Assembly: GCA_025351385.1 (NCBI GenBank)
Contig: JANXWA010000034.1
Span: 30,406 to 94,405, forward strand
Reading direction: 5' to 3'
DNA: 64,000 nt
Source: Acidimicrobiales bacterium
Lineage (GTDB): Bacteria; Actinomycetota; Acidimicrobiia; Acidimicrobiales; RAAP-2
The notes under the pieces: generated by a model
Databases searched by the model: none
What the model was told of the DNA's origin: nothing
What the model saw: the letters and a program-made list of their open reading frames with translations, nothing else
In this document: in pieces, positions 17,159-27,539 of the stretch
Numbering within the stretch: the first letter of the stretch is position 1
Layout of the letters: every line of letters begins with the position of its first letter
Translations under genes and position numbers: made by a program

Positions 17159-18301
17159 CTACTTCAAGAGGTGCTTGGCGATCACCACTCGCTGGATCTG
17201 ATTCGTCCCCTCGTAGATCTGGGTAATCTTGGCGTCGCGCATGAAGCGCTCGACCGGGAAGTCCTTCGTGAAGCCGTAGCCGCCGAGCAGTTGGACGGCG
17301 TCCGTCGTGACGCTCATCGCCGTATCGGAGGCGAAGGACTTCGCCGCGGCTCCCAGGTAGGAGAGCGTCCCGTCGGGGTCGCCGGCGTCGATGGTGGCGC
17401 AAGCCCGGTACACCAGGGCCCGCGCCGCCTCGGTGCGAATCGCCATGTCCGCCAGCATGAAACGAAGTCCCTGGAGTTCGGCGATCGGCTTGCCAAAGGC
17501 CTTGCGACCCTTCATGTACTCCCCGGCGTAGTCGATCGCCGCTTGGGCGATACCGATCGCCTGGGCGCCGATGGTCGGACGGGATCGGTCGAGCGTATGC
17601 ATCGCGATGAGGAAGCCCTCCCCCTCGTTGCCGATGCGATGGCTCTTGGGAACGCGCACGTCGTTAAAGACGACCTCGCCGGTCGGTGACGCGCGCAGTC
17701 CCATCTTGTCCTCGTGCTTGGCGAACTCGACGCCCCAACCCTTCTCCACGAGGAAACAGGTGATGCCGTGCGTGCGCGCCTTCGAGTCGGTGCTGGCGAA
17801 GACGGTGTACGTGTCCGAGACGCCGGCGTTGGTGATCCAATACTTGGAGCCGTTGAGTATGTAGTCGTCGCCGTCGCGCACGGCGCGACACCTCATCGAG
17901 GCGACATCTGATCCGGCATCGGCCTCGGAGAGGCAGTAGCTCGCCTGGATCTCGCCCGACGCTATGCGTGGCAGGTAGGCCTGCTTGATCTCCTCGGAGG
18001 CGAAGTTCATGACAGGCAGCATCCCCAACTTTGAGATCAATATCGTCACCGACGTCGAGGCACAGCCCCTCGCCAGCTCCTCGGCCATGATCGCCTGGGT
18101 GACCATGTCGGCGCCCGCGCCGCCGTAGGCCTCGGGGACCTGCAGGGAGGGTAGGTCCATCTTCACGCAGGCGTCGAAGCTCTCCTGGGGGTACGTCTGG
18201 TCCCGGTCGTGCTCGGCGGCGTAGGGGGCGATCTGCTCGTCGACGAAGCTGCGCATGACGTCACGGAAGGCCCGCTGCTCGGGGGTGAGGTCGAAGCTCA
18301 T
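17159..18301 (-). CDS. Acyl-CoA dehydrogenase (short/branched-chain type)
   Basis: 380 aa, canonical ACAD motifs (CLSEADAGSDVASM, YWITNAG, QLLGGYGFTKDFPVERFMRDAKITQIYEGTNQIQR). Confidence 0.9.
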   Translation of the reverse strand: MSFDLTPEQRAFRDVMRSFVDEQIAPYAAEHDRDQTYPQESFDACVKMDLPSLQVPEAYGGAGADMVTQAIMAEELARGCASTSVTILISKLGMLPVMNFASEEIKQAYLPRIASGEIQASYCLSEADAGSDVASMRCRAVRDGDDYILNGSKYWITNAGVSDTYTVFASTDSKARTHGITCFLVEKGWGVEFAKHEDKMGLRASPTGEVVFNDVRVPKSHRIGNEGEGFLIAMHTLDRSRPTIGAQAIGIAQAAIDYAGEYMKGRKAFGKPIAELQGLRFMLADMAIRTEAARALVYRACATIDAGDPDGTLSYLGAAAKSFASDTAMSVTTDAVQLLGGYGFTKDFPVERFMRDAKITQIYEGTNQIQRVVIAKHLLK

Positions 18302-18326
18302 GGCATTTCCTTCGTTCGTGGAGTGG

Positions 18327-18782
18327 CTAGGGAGAAGTGGGCGCCACCAGCTGCTCGTTCGTCACCGCGTCGACGAAGCGCCGCTGGGCGACGTAACTGT
18401 GTGCGAGACCGGCGAATGGCCTCGTCAGCGCGTGGCTTACCTTCAACGCCGAATCCAGGCCGAAGAGGGCCAAGGCGACGCGGACGTCGCCCAGTTGGGG
18501 ACCACGGCCCACCAGGCTCGCGCGCTTGGCGGCGACGAGTCCCACGCCGACCGCGATGTCGTGGCGGTCGTGCTCGTGCTCGACGTCGAGCTTGGCCACC
18601 TCACGCTGCGCGATCGTGAGGGCGAACCCCTCGCCCGGGGCCTGGGTGCCCTGGCCGCGACCTCCGGTGACAGAGCGCTGGAGCCCGGGCTTGGGCGCTC
18701 GTGCGAACTCCGGGGTGCCGGTCTCCATCGTCGGTCGCACGACCCCCGAGGCGAGTACCGGTGAGAACGTTGGTTGGGTCAC
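18327..18782 (-). CDS. Hypothetical protein
   Basis: 151-aa ORF with strong GC3 bias, packed between ilvE and the ACAD gene on the same strand. No function recognised. Confidence 0.5.
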   Translation of the reverse strand: MTQPTFSPVLASGVVRPTMETGTPEFARAPKPGLQRSVTGGRGQGTQAPGEGFALTIAQREVAKLDVEHEHDRHDIAVGVGLVAAKRASLVGRGPQLGDVRVALALFGLDSALKVSHALTRPFAGLAHSYVAQRRFVDAVTNEQLVAPTSP

Positions 18783-18805
18783 GTATCGAGACTACCTCCG
18801 GCCGT

Positions 18806-19732
18806 TCAGACCTTCGTGAGCCAACTCTCGTACTGGGGACGCATGCCCCGCACGGCCTGGGCGTACGTCGTCTGGATGGCCTTGGTGATCGGACCGGGCT
18901 TTCCGTCACCGACGACCCGGTCGTCGACCGATCCAATGGGCACGACCTCGGCCGCGGTGCCCGTGAGGAATGCCTCGTCGGCCACGTAGAGGTCGTCGCG
19001 GCGCAGGGCTTCGAAGCGCACCTGATAGCCGAGGTCCGCGGCGATCTTCACGATGCTCGACAAGGTGATCCCGCTCAGCGCGCCGGCCTCAGACGGCGGT
19101 GGTGTGACGAGCACGCCGTCGCGGACGATGAACAGGTTCTCCCCGGTGCACTCCGAGATCAGCCCGTCGGTGCCGAGCATGATCGCTTCGTCGTAGCCGG
19201 CCTTCACGGCCTCGACCTTGGCGAGGCCCGAGTTCACGTAGCCGCCCACCGTCTTTGATCCAGTCGGCATCGAGTTCGGGTGATGGCGCGACCACGAGGA
19301 GATCTTCATCTTCGCGCCGTTGTTCGCCGCGTCGTCACCGAGGTACGCCCCCCAGGGCCACACCGCGATGATCACGTTGGTGGGCGCCGGCAGCGGATTG
19401 ACCCCCATCTCGCCGTAACCGAGGTAGACGAGCGGTCGGATGTAGCAGCCCTCGGACATGTCGTTCACCCGCACGGTTTCGACCACCGCGTCACAGAGCT
19501 GGTCGAGCGTGTACGGCACGTCGACCATCAGGATCTTGCAACTGCGCAGTAGCCGGTCCATGTGCTCGCGCAACCGGAACACGGCGACGCCGTTGGGCGT
19601 CTTGTACGCGCGGATGCCCTCGAACGCGCCCGTGCCGTAGTGCAGGGTGTGACTCAGCACGTGCGTCGTCGCCTTCTCCCAGTCGACGAGCTTCCCGTCC
19701 ATCCAGATCTTCTTCGTGGGCGTGATTGGCAT
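18806..19732 (-). CDS. ilvE: Branched-chain amino acid aminotransferase (class IV)
   Basis: IWMDGKLVDWEKATTHVLSHTLHYGTGAFEGIRAY...; 308 aa. Confidence 0.9.
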   Translation of the reverse strand: MPITPTKKIWMDGKLVDWEKATTHVLSHTLHYGTGAFEGIRAYKTPNGVAVFRLREHMDRLLRSCKILMVDVPYTLDQLCDAVVETVRVNDMSEGCYIRPLVYLGYGEMGVNPLPAPTNVIIAVWPWGAYLGDDAANNGAKMKISSWSRHHPNSMPTGSKTVGGYVNSGLAKVEAVKAGYDEAIMLGTDGLISECTGENLFIVRDGVLVTPPPSEAGALSGITLSSIVKIAADLGYQVRFEALRRDDLYVADEAFLTGTAAEVVPIGSVDDRVVGDGKPGPITKAIQTTYAQAVRGMRPQYESWLTKV

Positions 19733-20752
19733 CTACAGCCTTCCTACTATCTCTTGCGTGATTGAGGCGGTCCCCAGCGAGACGTCACCATTGAATTCTT
19801 GCACCGCGCGAGTGATGCGATTCGCTGCGTCGACCTCGCCCAGGTGCTCGAGCATCAAGGCGGCGGAGGAGACGGCGGCCAGCGGGTTCGCGCGGCCGGT
19901 GCCGGCGATGTCGTGAGCGGCCCCGTGCACGGGCTCGAACAGCGATGGGCCGGTCTTGTCGGGATTGAGGTTCGCGCTCGCGGCGTAGCCGATGCCCCCG
20001 GTCACGGCACCGGCGAGGTCCGACAGGATGTCACCGAAGAGGTTGTCGGTCACGATGACGCCGTAGCGCTCGGGACTCTCCACCAGGTAGATGCACGCCG
20101 CGTCGACGTGGTGGTAGTCGACCTCGACATTTGAGAACTCGGCGCCCACCTCGGCCACCACGCGCGACCAGAGGTCGCCCGCGAAGGTGAGAACGTTCGT
20201 CTTGTGCACGAGGGTGAGCTTCGCCTGGCGCGACTGCGTGGCGCGGGCGAAGGCGTGACGCACGCATCGCTCGACGCCGAAGCGGGTATTGACCGAACCC
20301 TGCGTCGCGACCTCGTGAGCAGTGCCGTAGCGCAGGATCCCGCCCTCGCCGGCGTAGGGCCCTTCGGTGTTCTCTCGCACAATCGCAAACTCGCTGCCCT
20401 CGGCGATCGACCCAGCCACACCGCGGAACGGTCGGTAGTTGATGTAGAGGTCGAGCGCGAAGCGCAGGCGAAGCAACAGCCCGCGCTCGAGAACGCCTCC
20501 CGGGATACGGGTGTCGCCGATGGCGGGACCGACGGCGCCGAGCAGGATCGCGTCGAATCGGCGCAACTCCTCGACGGTCGCGTCGTCCAGGACGAAGCCG
20601 TCGCGCAAGTAGCGGGCGGCACCTAGCTCGAAGTGGGTGGTCTCGATCACGACGCCCGATGCTCGCACCACTTCCAGCGCGACGTCCACGACCTCCGGTC
20701 CAATTCCGTCGCCGCCGAGCACGGCCACGCGGTAGCTGCGTTGGTGACTCAT
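19733..20752 (-). CDS. leuB: 3-isopropylmalate dehydrogenase
   Basis: In ORF 19733..20806; ATG at 20752 with [23 protein letters not shown]...[12 protein letters not shown]...NLFGDILSD motifs. Confidence 0.9.
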   Translation of the reverse strand: MSHQRSYRVAVLGGDGIGPEVVDVALEVVRASGVVIETTHFELGAARYLRDGFVLDDATVEELRRFDAILLGAVGPAIGDTRIPGGVLERGLLLRLRFALDLYINYRPFRGVAGSIAEGSEFAIVRENTEGPYAGEGGILRYGTAHEVATQGSVNTRFGVERCVRHAFARATQSRQAKLTLVHKTNVLTFAGDLWSRVVAEVGAEFSNVEVDYHHVDAACIYLVESPERYGVIVTDNLFGDILSDLAGAVTGGIGYAASANLNPDKTGPSLFEPVHGAAHDIAGTGRANPLAAVSSAALMLEHLGEVDAANRITRAVQEFNGDVSLGTASITQEIVGRL

Positions 20753-20874
20753 GCGTGGCGTCTCCTTGTTTGCTCCATTTTGGTCGCCCGGTCGGGCGCG
20801 TGGCAAACCCGCCGGTGGATTGGCCCAACGTGGACGGTAGAATCAGTTCTTCTCTAGAAGTCGAGGTATTGGCC

Positions 20875-21351
20875 ATGGCCGGCGAAATCCACCGCATCAC
20901 CCGGGAGACCCTGGACAAGCTGAAGGCCGAGTTCCACCACCTCACCACCATTGGGCGCACGGAGATCGCCCGAGTGATCGAGTCGGCCCGACTCATGGGC
21001 GACCTCTCGGAGAACGGCGACTACCACGCCGCGAAGGACTCCCAGGGCAAGATGGAGTCGCGGATCCGCCAAATCGACGCGGTGATCCGCAATCACGAGA
21101 TCGTTGAACGCGACGAGAACGCCGACACGGTGCGCCACGCCACGATCGTCCAGGTGGTCTACGAGGGTGACCAGGACGCGGACTTCCAGGAGTTCTTCAT
21201 CGGGTCGATCGAGGAGAAGCCCGACGAGGTGCTCGTCGCCTCGCCCACCTCGCCGCTCGGTGAGGCGCTGCTGGGCCACTCGGTCGGCGACCTCGTCGAA
21301 TACGAGGCCCCGTCCGGGGTGCTGCGGGTCAAGATCGTGGGGCTTCGCTAG
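20875..21351 (+). CDS. greA: Transcription elongation factor GreA
   Basis: In ORF 20659..21351; ATG at 20875 with GAGG RBS. LKAEFHHLTT.GRTEIARVIESARLMGDLSENGDYHAAKD. TAGAAT -10-like hexamer at 20838-20843. Confidence 0.9.
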   Translation: MAGEIHRITRETLDKLKAEFHHLTTIGRTEIARVIESARLMGDLSENGDYHAAKDSQGKMESRIRQIDAVIRNHEIVERDENADTVRHATIVQVVYEGDQDADFQEFFIGSIEEKPDEVLVASPTSPLGEALLGHSVGDLVEYEAPSGVLRVKIVGLR

Positions 21352-21354
21352 ACC

Positions 21355-22761
21355 GTGACCGGACGGACGCTCTACGAGAAGCTTTGGGATGAGCACGTCG
21401 TCGCCTCGCCCCCGGGCGAGCCGACCCTCATCTACATTGACCTGCACTTGATCCACGAGGTGACGAGCCCCCAGGCCTTCGACGGGCTTCGCCTCAATCA
21501 CCGTTCGGTGCGTCGCCCCGACCGCACGCTCGCGACCGCCGACCACAACGTTCCGACCGACCCGATCGCGACACCGGTGAAGGACCCGGTCTCACGCCGT
21601 CAACTCGAGGCCCTGGAGGAGAACTGCGACGAGTTCGGCATCACGCTGTTCCCGCGCGGCCACGAGAATCAGGGGATCGTCCACGTCATCGGCCCCGAGT
21701 TGGGCGTCACGCAGCCGGGAATGACCATCGTCTGCGGCGACTCGCACACCTCGACCCACGGCGCCTTCGGCGCTCTCGCCTTCGGCATCGGCACGAGCGA
21801 GGTGGAGCACGTACTGGCCACCCAGACACTCCCCCAGCAGAGGGCCAAGACCATGGCCGTCACCGTCGAGGGCGAGGCGCCGGCCGGTGTATCCGCGAAG
21901 GACATCGTGCTGGCGATCGTGGCGAGGCTCGGCACTGGTGGCGGGGCCGGCTACGTCATCGAGTACCGGGGCGAGGCGATACGCAACCTCTCGATGGAGG
22001 GCCGGATGACCGTCTGCAACATGAGTATCGAGGCGGGTGCCCGTGCCGGCCTCGTCGCAGTCGACGACACGACGATCGGCTACCTGCGGGGACGCCCGGC
22101 GGTGCCCCACGGCGCGCAACTCGAGGAGTCCATCGAGCGCTGGCGTACGTTCGTCTCGGATGACGACGCTGTCTTCGATGCCGAGGTCGTGCTGGCGGCG
22201 AACGAGCTGGTCCCCTCCATCACGTGGGGAACCAATCCGGCCCAGGTCGTCGCCCTGTCGGGCGTCGTCCCGTCACCCGACGAGTTCGACGACCCTGACC
22301 AGAGGAACTCGACCGAGCGCTCGCTTGACTACATGGGACTCACTCCGGGCACACTGGTGCGGTCCATCGCTGTCGACGTCGTGTTCATTGGCTCGTGCAC
22401 CAACTCCAGAATCGAGGATTTGCGCGTCGTGGCGTCGCTCGCCGAAGGCCAGCGAGTCGCCGAAGGCGTGCGCGCACTCGTGGTTCCCGGTTCGCACCGC
22501 GTGAAGGACCAAGCCGAAGCTGAGGGCCTCGACCGGATCCTCGTTGAGGCGGGCTTCGAGTGGCGCGAGCCCGGCTGCTCCATGTGCCTCGGCATGAATC
22601 CCGATCAGCTCCAGCCCGGCCAGCGCAGCGCATCGACGTCGAACCGGAACTTCGAAGGTCGCCAGGGCCGGGGCGGACGCACGCACCTGGTATCGCCGGA
22701 GGTCGCGACCGCCACCGCCATCATGGGCCGCTTCGCCTCACCGGACGAGGTGAGGCGGTGA
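21355..22761 (+). CDS. leuC: 3-isopropylmalate dehydratase large subunit
   Basis: [12 protein letters not shown]...[12 protein letters not shown]...VCGDSHT...[11 protein letters not shown]...CSMCLGMN aconitase-family motifs. Confidence 0.95.
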   Translation: MTGRTLYEKLWDEHVVASPPGEPTLIYIDLHLIHEVTSPQAFDGLRLNHRSVRRPDRTLATADHNVPTDPIATPVKDPVSRRQLEALEENCDEFGITLFPRGHENQGIVHVIGPELGVTQPGMTIVCGDSHTSTHGAFGALAFGIGTSEVEHVLATQTLPQQRAKTMAVTVEGEAPAGVSAKDIVLAIVARLGTGGGAGYVIEYRGEAIRNLSMEGRMTVCNMSIEAGARAGLVAVDDTTIGYLRGRPAVPHGAQLEESIERWRTFVSDDDAVFDAEVVLAANELVPSITWGTNPAQVVALSGVVPSPDEFDDPDQRNSTERSLDYMGLTPGTLVRSIAVDVVFIGSCTNSRIEDLRVVASLAEGQRVAEGVRALVVPGSHRVKDQAEAEGLDRILVEAGFEWREPGCSMCLGMNPDQLQPGQRSASTSNRNFEGRQGRGGRTHLVSPEVATATAIMGRFASPDEVRR

Positions 22762-23375
22762 AGCCGGTCCGCGTGGTCGAGGGCCGGGCCGTCCCGCTCG
22801 AACGCTCCGACGTCGACACCGACCAGATCATCCCCTCGGACTGGCTGAAGCGCGTCGAGCGCACGGGCTTCGGACGGGGCCTGTTCAGCGAGTGGCGCGA
22901 CGACCCCGCCTTCGTACTCAACCAGACCCACTACGTCGGTGCGAGCATCCTCGTGGCCGGTCCGCGCTTCGGCACGGGCTCTTCGCGCGAGCACGCCGTC
23001 TGGGCGTTGATGGACTACGGCTTCGCCGCCGTCATCGCACCCTCGTTCGGCGACATCTTCGCCAACAACTCCTCCAAGCAGGGACTCGTCATCGTCCAAC
23101 TCCCGGTCGCCGACGTCGAGCAGCTGGTCGCCCTCGTGAAGGAGGATCCCGCACGACTCGTGATGATCGATGTCGATCGCCTACTCGTCGAGGTGCCCGA
23201 GTCGGGCTGGCAGCGCCCCTTCACCATCGACCCGATGATCCGCGAGCGACTGATGAACGGCTGGGATGACATCGACCTCACCCTGGCCCGCGAGGCAGCG
23301 ATCACCACCTACGAGACCGCCAGTGAGGCCCCGAGCCTCGAAGGCCTCTTCGACGACGCGGGACACGTCCGCTAA
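22758..23375 (+). CDS. leuD: 3-isopropylmalate dehydratase small subunit
   Basis: GTG at 22758 overlaps the leuC stop (GTGA). [15 protein letters not shown]...[14 protein letters not shown]. Confidence 0.9.
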   Translation: MKPVRVVEGRAVPLERSDVDTDQIIPSDWLKRVERTGFGRGLFSEWRDDPAFVLNQTHYVGASILVAGPRFGTGSSREHAVWALMDYGFAAVIAPSFGDIFANNSSKQGLVIVQLPVADVEQLVALVKEDPARLVMIDVDRLLVEVPESGWQRPFTIDPMIRERLMNGWDDIDLTLAREAAITTYETASEAPSLEGLFDDAGHVR

Positions 23376-23393
23376 CCGAGTCGACCGAACCCG

Positions 23394-24848
23394 GTGACGG
23401 AGTGGCCCGAACGGCCGGTTCTCGAAATCGTTCTACGCTCTGCTGAGACGACCCCAGGAGACGCCTTGAGTGGATTCCCTTATTCCGACCACTACGAAGT
23501 CCATCGGACGTTGCCCGAGGACGGAACGGGACGGGCCGAAATCCTCGCGATGATGACCGACATGTCGTCGCGCGAGAACCCCGCATGGGAGAGCGGCCAG
23601 TGCTCAGGCACGATGTACTGCGGCGACCACGAGCACTACAACTTCTTGAACGAAGCATTCGCCAACTTCTCCTACGTCAACTCCCTCCAGCGCGACTTGT
23701 GCCCGAGTGCAACCAAGTTCGAGGCCGAGATCATTGCCATGACCCTCGACATGCTGGGCGCCGGAGCCATCGAGGGCTCCCGGCCCGGGGGGCTCGTCAC
23801 GTCCGGTGGCTCGGGGTCGATCGCCCACGCGGTGCTCGCCTACCGCGAGGCCAACGCCTCGCGTTCCGTGCGCCCCAACATGATCAAGCCCGAGACTGCG
23901 CACCCCGCCTTCTCCAAGGCCGGCCACCTCTTCGGGGTCGAGATGAAGGTCGCGCCGGTCGACCCCGTCACCACGCAAGTCGACCTCGACTGGGTTGCGG
24001 CGAACATCGACGCCGGCACCGTCGCCCTGATCGGCTCGGCGTGCAACTACGGCTACGGCACTGTCGACTCGATCACCGAGCTCGGCCAGGTGGCGCTCGA
24101 ACACGGTATCGGTCTGCACGTGGACGGGTGTCTCGGGGGCTTCATCCTGCCCTTCGGCCGCGAGCTCGGCTACGACATTCCTCCGTTCGACTTCGCCGTG
24201 CCCGGGGTGACGACGATCTCGGCCGACACTCACAAGTACGGCTACGCGCTGAAGGGCACCAGCGTGCTGGCCTTCGCCGACCAGTCCCTGCGCAATTCGC
24301 AGTACTTCTACCTGACCGACTGGTCCGGCGGCAAGTACTGCTCGCCGGGCATGGACGGGTCACGCTCGGGCGGACTCTTGGCGGCGACCTGGGCGGCGAT
24401 GGTCAGCCTCGGGCGATCGGGCTACTCGCGCTACGCCGAGGCGATATTCTCCACCTCGGCCGCGATGCAGGCCGAGGTGGCCGAGCACCCCTCGCTGCGC
24501 ATCATGGGCCAGCCCAGCTTCCTCTTCTCCTTCACCTCCGACGACTACGACGTGTACCTCGTCAACGACTTCCTGCGCACGCGTGGCTGGAGACTGAACG
24601 GCCAGCAGTACCCCAACGCCCTGCACATGGCGGTGACGAGGCCGCAGACCCAGCCGGGTGTCGTCGAGCGGTGGGCGAACGACCTCGCCGACGCTGTCGG
24701 CTACGCGCTCGCCCACCACGACGAGGCGGCGCAGTCCGGGGCCATCTACGGCGGCGTCGCGGGCGGCATGTCCGCCGAGGCCGACGAGTTCATCCGGGCC
24801 GTAATGGCCGACATGATGGACGGCCAGGCCTCGATCCCCGCCCCATGA
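23394..24848 (+). CDS. PLP-dependent group II decarboxylase-fold enzyme, sphingosine-1-phosphate-lyase-like
   Basis: 484 aa. SADTHKYGYALKGTSVL matches the S1P-lyase PLP-lysine motif (S-x-D-x-HKYG-x-x-x-KG-x-S). Confidence 0.75.
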   Translation: MTEWPERPVLEIVLRSAETTPGDALSGFPYSDHYEVHRTLPEDGTGRAEILAMMTDMSSRENPAWESGQCSGTMYCGDHEHYNFLNEAFANFSYVNSLQRDLCPSATKFEAEIIAMTLDMLGAGAIEGSRPGGLVTSGGSGSIAHAVLAYREANASRSVRPNMIKPETAHPAFSKAGHLFGVEMKVAPVDPVTTQVDLDWVAANIDAGTVALIGSACNYGYGTVDSITELGQVALEHGIGLHVDGCLGGFILPFGRELGYDIPPFDFAVPGVTTISADTHKYGYALKGTSVLAFADQSLRNSQYFYLTDWSGGKYCSPGMDGSRSGGLLAATWAAMVSLGRSGYSRYAEAIFSTSAAMQAEVAEHPSLRIMGQPSFLFSFTSDDYDVYLVNDFLRTRGWRLNGQQYPNALHMAVTRPQTQPGVVERWANDLADAVGYALAHHDEAAQSGAIYGGVAGGMSAEADEFIRAVMADMMDGQASIPAP

Positions 24849-26380
24849 GCGACGAGCTCTGCCTGAGCGTCGACCTGGGGACCGGAGGGCTGAAGGTCGG
24901 GCTGGTCAAGCTCGACGGCGAGGTGGTCGCCTACGAACTGCACCACGTGGCAACGGCGTTCTCGAGCGACGGTGCCGCGACCCAGGACGCGGACCAGTGG
25001 TGGACAATCATTGGCGACGCGACGAGACGACTCTTGGCGCTCCCCGGCGTGACGAAGGACCGAGTGAGGGCAGTGGCGGTGACCGGCCAGTACGGGTCGA
25101 CGGTTCCCGTCGACACGAACGGCCTGCCCACCGGACTGTGCCGCACGTGGCAGGACACCCGGGGCAAGCCCTTCAGCCACCAGGCGGTCGGCGGACACGT
25201 GCAGGGCTTCAATGGCCGCAAACTCTTGGAGTTCGTTCGCAAGACCGGCGGCGCGCCGGCGCCCACCGGCGGCGACCCGGTCGGCCAGATCCTCTACCTG
25301 ATGAACCGAGAGCCCGACGTCGTGTCCCGCACCCGCTGGTTCATGGAGCCGGTCGACTATCTCACCATGCGCTTCACGGGAGAAGCTTCGGCGACGCACG
25401 CGTCGATGTTCGCCTCGTGGCTCATCGACATCCGAGACCTCAGTCACTACGACTACGACGCCTCGCTGGTCGCCATGGTCGGCATCGACCGCACTCGCCT
25501 TCCACCCCTCGTGCCGATCGGGTCGATCGTTGGAATCGTCACACCGGCCGTCGCCACGTCACTCGAACTCTCCGACGACACCGTGGTGATCACCGGGCTG
25601 CTCGACCTACACGCGGCGGCTCTGGGCTCGGGCGCCACCAAGTTGCACGACACGCACCTCGCACTCTCCACGACCTCGTGGATAGGATGTCCCGTCGCGA
25701 AGAAGAAGAGCGACATCAGTCACGCGATCTTGACCGCGCCGGGCCTCACGAACGACTCGTACTTGGTCTTCAACCAGCAAGACACCGGCGCCAAGGCTCT
25801 CGAATGGCTGCGCCAGGTCCTCGCGGGCGCCGGAGCGTCCCTGGACTACGACGAGATGACGGAGCTGGCCTCGAAGTCCGCGCCCGGGGCTCACGGAATC
25901 ATCTTCACCCCTTGGCTGGCGGGACAGATCTCGCCGTCCATGGACAGTCGAGTTCGTGGCGGCTTCACGAACCTCTCGATTGCCTCCACGACCGCCGACC
26001 TCATCCGAGCGGTGATGGAGGGGGTCGCGGCCAACAGTGCGTGGCTCCTCGGCCACGTGGAGAAGTTCGCCCGTCAGTCGTTGTCACCTATACATCTCAT
26101 CGGCGGAGGTGCGCAGTCGACGCTCTGGTGCCAGATCTACGCCGACACCCTCGACCGCGAGGTCATCCAGGTTGCCGAACCGATGGTGGTTCAGCTGCGG
26201 GGCGCGGCGTTGATGGCGTCAGTGTCACTCGGACGACATCGACTGGACGAACTCTCGGCCATACTCCCGCCGGGCAAGGTTTTCAAGCCCGAGAGCCAGC
26301 TGCGTGACCTCTACCACGGACGGACCGAACTCATCCCTCAGCTCTTCCGGCGCGACCGGTCGTGGTCCCGCAAGATCTGA
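24845..26380 (+). CDS. FGGY-family carbohydrate/polyol kinase
   Basis: In ORF 23585..26380; ATG at 24845 overlaps the upstream stop (ATGA). LSVDLGTGGLKVGLV N-terminal motif and GGGAQSTLWCQIYAD C-terminal motif. Confidence 0.8.
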   Translation: MSDELCLSVDLGTGGLKVGLVKLDGEVVAYELHHVATAFSSDGAATQDADQWWTIIGDATRRLLALPGVTKDRVRAVAVTGQYGSTVPVDTNGLPTGLCRTWQDTRGKPFSHQAVGGHVQGFNGRKLLEFVRKTGGAPAPTGGDPVGQILYLMNREPDVVSRTRWFMEPVDYLTMRFTGEASATHASMFASWLIDIRDLSHYDYDASLVAMVGIDRTRLPPLVPIGSIVGIVTPAVATSLELSDDTVVITGLLDLHAAALGSGATKLHDTHLALSTTSWIGCPVAKKKSDISHAILTAPGLTNDSYLVFNQQDTGAKALEWLRQVLAGAGASLDYDEMTELASKSAPGAHGIIFTPWLAGQISPSMDSRVRGGFTNLSIASTTADLIRAVMEGVAANSAWLLGHVEKFARQSLSPIHLIGGGAQSTLWCQIYADTLDREVIQVAEPMVVQLRGAALMASVSLGRHRLDELSAILPPGKVFKPESQLRDLYHGRTELIPQLFRRDRSWSRKI

Positions 26381-26467
26381 GCGAAGTTCCCCCCTACGAC
26401 ATGGGCGTCAAGAGAATCTCCCCACGTCCCGTGAGGTATCTTCGACGGAGTTCGCACTGGAGGATTC

Positions 26468-27475
26468 ATGGCCTTGGAATCGTTCGCCCGCTACCCGTTG
26501 ATGTTCGGTCCGTCGCCCATCCAGCGACTGGACCGGTTGACCGAGTACCTCGAGGGGGCGTCGGTCTGGGCCAAGCGCGACGACGTCAACTCGGGCCTGG
26601 CCTTCGGCGGCAACAAGGTGCGCAAACTCGAGTACCTCGTCGCCGACGCGCTGGCGAAGGGGTGCGACACCCTCGTGTCGATCGGCGGCGTCCAGTCGAA
26701 TCACACCCGCCAGGTCGCGGCCGTCGCTGCCAAGACCGGAATGAAGTGCGTCCTGATCCAGGAGAGCTGGGTCGACTGGCCCGACGTCACCTACGACCGC
26801 GTCGGCAACATCCTGCTCAGCCGCCTGATGGGCGCCGACGTGCGCCTCGTGCGCGCGGGGTTCGGCATTGGCTTCAAGGAGAGCTGGGAGCAGGCGATCA
26901 AGGACATCGAGGAGCGCGGCGGCAGGCCCTACGCCATCCCGGCCGGGGCGTCGGACCACCCGCTCGGCGGGCTGGGCTTCGCCGGCTGGGCCCTCGAGGT
27001 CGAACAACAAGAGGCCGAGATGGGCGTCATCTTCGACTACGTTGTCGTCTGCTCGGTCACCGGTTCGACGCAAGCGGGGATGATCGCCGGCTTTGCCGTC
27101 AACGACCGGCCCCGCACGGTGATCGGCGTCGACGGCTCGGCCAAGCCCGACGAGACCTGGGCGCAGGTGGCCCGCATCGCGCGCCACACCGCTCAGCTGA
27201 TCGGCGTTGAGCGCGAACTGGTCGACGAGGAGATTATCCTCGACGACCGATTCCACGCCGGCATCTACGGCATTCCCGACCACCGAACCCTCGAAGCCAT
27301 GCGTCTCGGCGCCTCGCTGGAGGCGATGATCACCGACCCGGTCTACGAGGGCAAGTCGTTGGCCGGACTGATCCACATGGTGCTCGACCGCGAGATTCCG
27401 GTCGACGCCAATGTCCTGTTCGCCCATCTCGGCGGCCAACCGGCGATCAACGCCTACGCGAGCCTCTTCTCTTAG
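26468..27475 (+). CDS. acdS: 1-aminocyclopropane-1-carboxylate deaminase
   Basis: [12 protein letters not shown]...[16 protein letters not shown]...[26 protein letters not shown]...DPVYEGKS...AHLGG. The Lys, Ser, Tyr-Glu and Leu positions that separate true ACC deaminases from D-Cys desulfhydrases are retained. GGAGG RBS. Confidence 0.85.
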   Translation: MALESFARYPLMFGPSPIQRLDRLTEYLEGASVWAKRDDVNSGLAFGGNKVRKLEYLVADALAKGCDTLVSIGGVQSNHTRQVAAVAAKTGMKCVLIQESWVDWPDVTYDRVGNILLSRLMGADVRLVRAGFGIGFKESWEQAIKDIEERGGRPYAIPAGASDHPLGGLGFAGWALEVEQQEAEMGVIFDYVVVCSVTGSTQAGMIAGFAVNDRPRTVIGVDGSAKPDETWAQVARIARHTAQLIGVERELVDEEIILDDRFHAGIYGIPDHRTLEAMRLGASLEAMITDPVYEGKSLAGLIHMVLDREIPVDANVLFAHLGGQPAINAYASLFS

Positions 27476-27539
27476 GACTGAGGGCCGACGCAACCGGCGA
27501 CTCAACGAGTCCGCGGAGCCGCTCGGTAGGCTCGGGTCC

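Noticed and set aside
23585-26380. A 931-aa ORF suggesting a fused lyase-kinase protein.
   Set aside because: The first 420 codons are an alternative frame of the S1P-lyase-like gene with Arg-rich nonsense composition. The kinase homology starts at the ATG at 24845, which overlaps the upstream stop.
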